A DNA stretch of 64,000 nt from Candidatus Latescibacterota bacterium (GTDB taxonomy: Bacteria > Latescibacterota > UBA2968 > UBA8231), in assembly GCA_965221775.1 (NCBI GenBank), contig CBDCSU010000006.1:1600001-1664000 (forward strand), in the 5' to 3' direction. The position numbers and the translations under genes are program-made. The notes beneath the pieces are model-generated. The model made no database searches. It was not told the origin of the DNA and saw nothing but the letters and a program-made list of their open reading frames with translations. This document shows, piece by piece, positions 59,030 through 64,000 of the stretch (positions are counted from its first letter, which is position 1; each line of letters begins with the position of its first letter).

Positions 59030-59033
59030 AATT

Positions 59034-60092
59034 GTGAACAAGCCATCCGACTGGGCCTTGCTGGCGCGGTACCTGTCCGGCGAGTGCACTGAAGAGGAGA
59101 AGGCGGAGGTCGAGTCGGCGATCGCCTCGGATCCTGAAAAACAGCGCCTCACCCGCTTCATGCGCTCCTTGTGGGATACCCCGGAGCCGCCGGCCCGCCC
59201 CTCTGATGTAGACAGGCTGTGGGACGAACTCGCCGGGAAGACCTGGATGGCCGCGGGGTCCGGAGCGGTTCAGCACCCCGGCCGTCGCGGGATCGGCAGG
59301 CGCCTTGTCGAGTGGCTTCAGCCGCAGCCGAAGCTCGCCCGGTACTGTGCGGCCGCGGCGTCCCTGCTCATCGTCTCCTCGCTGGCGTACCACGGATTCC
59401 AGGAGACCGGGATCTACCCGTCTTCCCGGCCGGCTCGACTGTTGACGCTGGCGGTTGAGAGCAGCGCAAGCGACGAGCTCACCCTGAGCGACGGAACCCG
59501 GATCCGCCTCGACGCCGGCAGCACTCTGCGCTACCCGGAGAGCTTCCGCGGCGACGGCCGCTCGGTCTTTCTCAGCGGCGAGGGGTATTTCGAAGTGGCG
59601 CCGGACGCGGACAGGCCGTTCAGGGTCCACCTCGACGGGGCGGTGGTCGAAGTGCTCGGGACCCGGTTCAACGTCAGGGCCTGGGAGACGGAACAGAGGG
59701 TCACCGTCGCCGTGGCGGAAGGGCGGGTGGCCTTCCATTCCGAGCGGGAGAAGAGAGATGTCGAGATCGGCCCCGGGCAGATGAGCACCCTGACCGAGAG
59801 CGGTCCGCCCTCCGGACCGAGCCCCGCCGATATCGACAGGCACCTGGGGTGGATGCGCCGGGAAGCGTTCTTCGACGACGCGCCGTTACGGGACGTCCTG
59901 TTCCAGCTCGAACGCTGGTACGGCGTGCAGTTCGCTCTCGAGGATACCTCCCTGGCCGCCGAACGGCTCAGCGTGTACATCAAGGGGGAGTCTCTCGAGG
60001 ACGTTCTCGAGCTGATCTCGGTCCTGACGGGACTGGACGGCCGGCGCGATGACCGCCGGATCCTGCTGCAACCGGGAGGCATGGGCGATTGA
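59034..60092 (+). CDS. FecR-family anti-sigma factor
   Basis: LLARYLSGECT.EE, TM helix, LSDGT.I.LDAGS, LSGEGYFEVA, VLGTRFNV, LERWYGV. Confidence 0.92.
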   Translation: MNKPSDWALLARYLSGECTEEEKAEVESAIASDPEKQRLTRFMRSLWDTPEPPARPSDVDRLWDELAGKTWMAAGSGAVQHPGRRGIGRRLVEWLQPQPKLARYCAAAASLLIVSSLAYHGFQETGIYPSSRPARLLTLAVESSASDELTLSDGTRIRLDAGSTLRYPESFRGDGRSVFLSGEGYFEVAPDADRPFRVHLDGAVVEVLGTRFNVRAWETEQRVTVAVAEGRVAFHSEREKRDVEIGPGQMSTLTESGPPSGPSPADIDRHLGWMRREAFFDDAPLRDVLFQLERWYGVQFALEDTSLAAERLSVYIKGESLEDVLELISVLTGLDGRRDDRRILLQPGGMGD

Positions 60093-62650
60093 TGGATCGA
60101 TTGAGGGGAGGGGTGATCTGGATGCTGGCGGCGGTCGCCACCGCCGCGCTGAACGACACCTCGTCGGCGCGGACGCCGGAGTCCCTTCTCACCGTGATTT
60201 CCGTCGATCTCGAGAACGTCTCTCTCGAGTCGGCGCTGGCGGCGATCGCGGCAAAGGGGGACTTCGACTTGAGCTACAACCGCAGCCGCCTTCCGGTGGG
60301 CGAGAAGGTGACCGTGAGGATGGAGGAGGTCAGCGCCCTCAAAGCCCTGTCCTACGTGTTGGAGGAGACCGACGCGGAACTTGCCGTAACCAGCGACGGA
60401 CAACTCGCGGTCGTTCCCTCCGCGGCTGCCGGTGACCGGCGGACGAAGATCCCGGCCACCCTCAGCGGTTTCGTCCGCGACCGCAGCGACGGCGAGCACC
60501 TGCCGTATGCCTCGGTCGTGGTCGGGGACCAGCAGATGGGCACCCTGACCAACGTCGACGGCTACTACGCTCTGCCGGGCCTTCCGGCCGGGACCTGGGT
60601 GATCACCGTCTCCTCCATCGGCTACGCCGCTTACCGGGACACCCTCCACCTCGCCGCCGGCCAGGAGCTGCGCCGGGACATCGAGCTGATCAGGGAGTCC
60701 CTGGAGCTGGAGGCGGTGGTGGTGAAGACGGAGGCGGACCGGGTCGAGAACGAGCTGAGTCCGCAGTCGAGTGTCGTCGTCCTGCCGATGAAGTCGCTGC
60801 GGAAGATGCCGGCCATGGGCGAGCCCGACCTGCTGCGCAGCCTGCAGCTGCTGCCCGGCGTCCAAAGCGCTTCCGACTTCAGCAGCGGCCTCTACGTGCG
60901 CGGCGGCGGACCCGACCAGACCGGCATCCTGCTGGACCAGGTGCGGCTCTACAACCCGGCCCACGCCTTCGGCTTCTTCTCCACCTTCAACCCGGATGCC
61001 ATCAAGGACGTGACCTTCTACAAGGGGGCCTACCCGGCCCGCTACGGCGGCAACCTCGGGGCCATCCTCGACGTCCAGAACCGCGACGGCAACCGGCGCC
61101 GGTTCAGCAACAGCGGCGGCGTCAGCCTGATCTCCAGCCGCTACATGAGCGAGGGGCCCCTCGGCCAGGGCTCGTGGATGGTGGCCGGGAGGCGCACCTA
61201 CATCGATCCGGTGCTGCGGGCGGTGGGCCGCAGCGCCGACGGCCTCGACCTGGGCTACTGGTTCTACGACCTCAACGCCAAGATCAACACCCAGCTGACC
61301 CCCGACGACAACCTCATGATCAGCGCCTACGGGGGTGAGGACCATCTCGACATTTCGCTGAGCGACAGCACCGACGCCGACAACAACACCCTCTCCTTCG
61401 GCAACGAGTGGGGCAACCGCGCCCTCACCGGGCGCTGGACGCACCTGTTCTCGCCGGCGCTCTTCGGGCGCGCCATCCTCCTGTATTCCAAGTACCACAG
61501 CGACATCATCATCGATTTCTTCGGCACCCCGGTCGAGATCCGCAACAAGGTGCGGGACGTCACCTTCAAGGGGGACTTCGACTGGTTCGCCTCCCCCGAG
61601 CACACCTTGCGCGCCGGTGTCGACCTCACCCGCTTCCGCTTCGACTACGGGGTGCGCTTCGACGAGTACGAAGAGGACCAGGTCGTCCGTCCCTATCTGC
61701 TGTCGGCCTACATCCAGGACGACTGGCAGGTGACGCCCCTGACCGAGGCCTTGGTGGGTCTGCGCGGAACCTTCTACGAGGAAGGCCGACGCCTGTCCCT
61801 GAATCCGCGTCTCTCGCTCAGCCGCGTCCTGCACGACGGCTGGCGCCTCAAGCTCGCCGGAGGAAGCTACCAGCAACTGCTTCAACTGGTGTCGACGGAA
61901 GGCTTCGAGAGCGGCAACCTCTGGATCCCCCTCGACGAGACCGTGGATCCGGGGCGCTCCTACCAGGTGGTCTCGGGACTGGAGTGGGATCCCTCCGTCA
62001 CCTGGCGGGTCACCGTCGAGTCCTACTACACCGGCCTGACCAACCTGGTGGTCCTCGACGAGGACCAGGAGGAGAATGCCGAGGAGGTGACATCGGAGGA
62101 CATCTTCAAGACCGGGGGGAAGGGATACGCCACCGGCCTGGAAGTGTTCGCCGAGAGACGACGCGGGCGCCTGACCGGCTGGCTGGGCTACACCCTCGGA
62201 TGGACGCGGAGGAGATTCCCGGAGATCGACGAGGGCCGCTCCTTTCCACCCAAGTACGACCGGCGGCACGACCTCTCGCTGACCGCCAGGTACGGATCGG
62301 GCCCCTGGACCTGGACGGCCAACTTCGTCTACGGCACGGGCCAGGCCTTCACTCCGGCGGCGGCGCGCTACACCCTCCGCGACCCGGCGTCCGGCCGGCC
62401 CGTGGACCGGTTCCTGGCGGCGTCGCGCAACAGCGCCCGGCTGCTGCCCTACCACCGCCTCGATGCCGGGGTGCGGCGCCGGTCGCGCCTCTTCGGCGCC
62501 GAGGTCGAGTGGTACCTGCAGGTCTTCAATCTCTACAGCCGCCGCAACGAGTGGTTCATCCAGTACGATCCCGGGAATCCCGACCGGGAGGCGAGCGTTG
62601 TGAAGATGCTGCCCATCCTGCCGACCTTCGGCTTCGACTTCAGGTTCTGA
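60089..62650 (+). CDS. TonB-dependent receptor with an N-terminal signalling (STN-like) domain
   Basis: GTLTNVDGYY, GEPDLLRSLQLLPGV, YVRGGGPDQ, YKGAYPARYGG, C-terminal Phe. Confidence 0.92.
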   Translation: MMDRLRGGVIWMLAAVATAALNDTSSARTPESLLTVISVDLENVSLESALAAIAAKGDFDLSYNRSRLPVGEKVTVRMEEVSALKALSYVLEETDAELAVTSDGQLAVVPSAAAGDRRTKIPATLSGFVRDRSDGEHLPYASVVVGDQQMGTLTNVDGYYALPGLPAGTWVITVSSIGYAAYRDTLHLAAGQELRRDIELIRESLELEAVVVKTEADRVENELSPQSSVVVLPMKSLRKMPAMGEPDLLRSLQLLPGVQSASDFSSGLYVRGGGPDQTGILLDQVRLYNPAHAFGFFSTFNPDAIKDVTFYKGAYPARYGGNLGAILDVQNRDGNRRRFSNSGGVSLISSRYMSEGPLGQGSWMVAGRRTYIDPVLRAVGRSADGLDLGYWFYDLNAKINTQLTPDDNLMISAYGGEDHLDISLSDSTDADNNTLSFGNEWGNRALTGRWTHLFSPALFGRAILLYSKYHSDIIIDFFGTPVEIRNKVRDVTFKGDFDWFASPEHTLRAGVDLTRFRFDYGVRFDEYEEDQVVRPYLLSAYIQDDWQVTPLTEALVGLRGTFYEEGRRLSLNPRLSLSRVLHDGWRLKLAGGSYQQLLQLVSTEGFESGNLWIPLDETVDPGRSYQVVSGLEWDPSVTWRVTVESYYTGLTNLVVLDEDQEENAEEVTSEDIFKTGGKGYATGLEVFAERRRGRLTGWLGYTLGWTRRRFPEIDEGRSFPPKYDRRHDLSLTARYGSGPWTWTANFVYGTGQAFTPAAARYTLRDPASGRPVDRFLAASRNSARLLPYHRLDAGVRRRSRLFGAEVEWYLQVFNLYSRRNEWFIQYDPGNPDREASVVKMLPILPTFGFDFRF

Positions 62651-62654
62651 GACG

Positions 62655-63644
62655 ATGCCCCTATTCCTGTCGCTTCTGGCTCTCGTGCCGCTCCTCTCCT
62701 GTGACGCGCCCGGCCCCCTGGCGGCCAACCGGGGTCCCGGGCAGCTGTTCGGTCCCGCCGAGGACGAGATCATCGTGGTCGACGCGACCCTGATCGTCGA
62801 CGCGCCGCTGCCGCCGGTCATGCTGCGGCTCACGGAGGCGCCCGGGGTTCCCTACGAAGCCGCGGCCACCGGTCTGGCCGGGGCCGAGGTCCTGATCCGG
62901 AGCGGCGACGCCTCCTTCGAGTACCGCCCCGACCCGGCCACGGCGGGGCGCTACCTGGCCCCCGACGGAGCGCCGCCCGTGGAGCCCGGCCGCGACTATG
63001 AGTTGCAGGTGACCAGCGGTGACGCTCCCGTGGTGCGCGCCCGGACCCTGACGCCGGCGCGGCTGCGCATCGAGGAGCTGGTGTGGCTCGACGACGACCT
63101 GGAGACCGAGCTGCAGCAGCTCAGGCTGTTCTCCGAAATCGGGGAGCAGGTCTACGACGCCAGGGAGAACCAGGTGGAGTACATCCGGGGACTGCTGATC
63201 GCCCGGCTCGAGGAGGCCGGAGAGGCCGGGTTCTACCAGTTCGCCACGTCCAACCTCGAGAGCTCCAGTCCGTACTTGTTCGACAGCGATTGGATCGAGG
63301 AGGAAGAGGAGGAGTTCGACCTGGAGCGCGACAGCACCTCCCCTCTCTTTCGCGCCGAAGAGGGCGAGCTCTACGTCCCCTGGGACGGCATCTACTACGC
63401 CGGCCGCTACAAGGTCAGGCTCTACGCCGTGGACCGGAACTGGTACGACCTGGTGCGGACCGACAACATCGATGCCGATCGCGGCACCGGGGAAGCGGGC
63501 GAGTCCTTTCAGCGGCCTCTGTTCCACGTCGAGAATGGGATCGGTCTGTTCGCCTCGGCCTCGGTGGACTCCTTCGGCTTCTTCGTGCGGCCCAGTGGGA
63601 GTGCGGCCTGCTCGGGGTGCGAGTGCTGGGAGTGCGGGGAGTGA
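62655..63644 (+). CDS. DUF4249-like lipoprotein
   Basis: Lipobox LLSC; GRDYELQV and HVENGIGLFAS motifs; follows a TonB receptor. Confidence 0.72.
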   Translation: MPLFLSLLALVPLLSCDAPGPLAANRGPGQLFGPAEDEIIVVDATLIVDAPLPPVMLRLTEAPGVPYEAAATGLAGAEVLIRSGDASFEYRPDPATAGRYLAPDGAPPVEPGRDYELQVTSGDAPVVRARTLTPARLRIEELVWLDDDLETELQQLRLFSEIGEQVYDARENQVEYIRGLLIARLEEAGEAGFYQFATSNLESSSPYLFDSDWIEEEEEEFDLERDSTSPLFRAEEGELYVPWDGIYYAGRYKVRLYAVDRNWYDLVRTDNIDADRGTGEAGESFQRPLFHVENGIGLFASASVDSFGFFVRPSGSAACSGCECWECGE

Positions 63645-63662
63645 TGGGGAGTTCTGGCGGGG

Positions 63663-63865
63663 GGGCGGTGCCGGCGGCTCCGGCCGCGCCTTCGGCGGCG
63701 CGTACGCCGGGCTTGGTTGGTGAGGCTATCGCCGGTGGTGGATTCGTGGGGCTGGCGAGCCCCTCGCTGCGCTCGGGTCTCTGGGCCTCCTGGATGTGTA
63801 CAGTTGATGACCCCGGCCCGGCGTAATGCGCCGCTCAGGCGCGGCCTGCGCCGCCGGCACCGCCC
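63663..63865 (+). repeat. Dispersed element A, copy 8
   Basis: Arms gggcggtgccggcggc/gccgccggcaccgccc; conserved core. Confidence 0.95.
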
Positions 63866-63901
63866 GAGGGGTCCGATCCACCCACACTCTATCTGTACCG
63901 T

Positions 63902-63952
63902 GTGGCGCCGGGCACGGGACCTGAACCGGGGGTGAACCCGGCGCCACTCGAT
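63902..63952 (+). repeat. Hairpin module B following copy 8
   Basis: gtggcgccgg...ccggcgccactcgat. Confidence 0.85.
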
Positions 63953-63959
63953 GGGTCTT

Positions 63960-64000
63960 GCGCCGGGCTTGGTGAGGGGCTATCGCTGGGGTGAATCCGA
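63960..64000 (+). repeat. Partial element A interior cut by the window end
   Basis: cgccgggcttggtgaggggctatcgctggggtg matches the segment after the left inner stem. Confidence 0.55.

Noticed and set aside
1181-62833. Long antisense and alternate-frame ORFs (e.g. 1181..3103, 29220..31796, 54641..57358, 59531..62833)
   Set aside because: Shadow ORFs expected at high GC; they overlap well-supported genes and lack recognisable motifs.
8773-63865. Repeat family as a CRISPR array
   Set aside because: Copies are ~200 bp, kilobases apart and not separated by uniform spacers, and there is no cas operon.
8773-63865. Repeat family as integron attC sites
   Set aside because: No RYYYAAC/GTTRRRY ends, flanking genes are in mixed orientation and include housekeeping cysS, and no integrase is present.
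8773-63865. Repeat family as a riboswitch or intrinsic terminator
   Set aside because: Orientation is independent of gene direction and there is no U-tract. An RNA role is not fully excluded.
8765-63947. Small ORFs sharing RRPRDPSAARGSP or AGEPLAALGSLG peptides as a protein family
   Set aside because: They are translations of the repeat in several frames, with indels between copies and no consistent start or stop.

Overview
High-GC bacterial chromosomal window with about 50 genes, mostly accessory and catabolic. It holds six PhyH-type Fe(II)/2-oxoglutarate dioxygenases, three enolase-superfamily enzymes, several glycosidase-like proteins, a sulfatase, a heparinase-like lyase, ankyrin/WD40/HEAT repeat proteins, several intact or decayed toxin-antitoxin modules, two AAA_14-DUF4143 ATPases, cysS, a two-component system and an ECF-FecR-TonB locus. 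This gene mix resembles sponge-associated FCB-group bacteria such as Latescibacterota or Poribacteria (inference only). The most striking unexplained signal is a dispersed ~200-bp intergenic element with 8 full and 2 partial copies, plus a linked ~50-bp hairpin module in 6 copies. All copies share one orientation whatever the direction of the flanking genes. The arms covary copy by copy. Read on the minus strand, most outer-stem and core mismatches are G.A pairs, and the core is a tandem-GA / GC-GNA-GC mini-hairpin typical of folded single-stranded DNA. No mobilizing enzyme is present in the window. Other leads are two dioxygenases with a halogenase-like HxG motif, a 17-bp palindrome shared by the promoters of both DUF4143 ATPases, and toxin-gene remnants next to intact partner genes.
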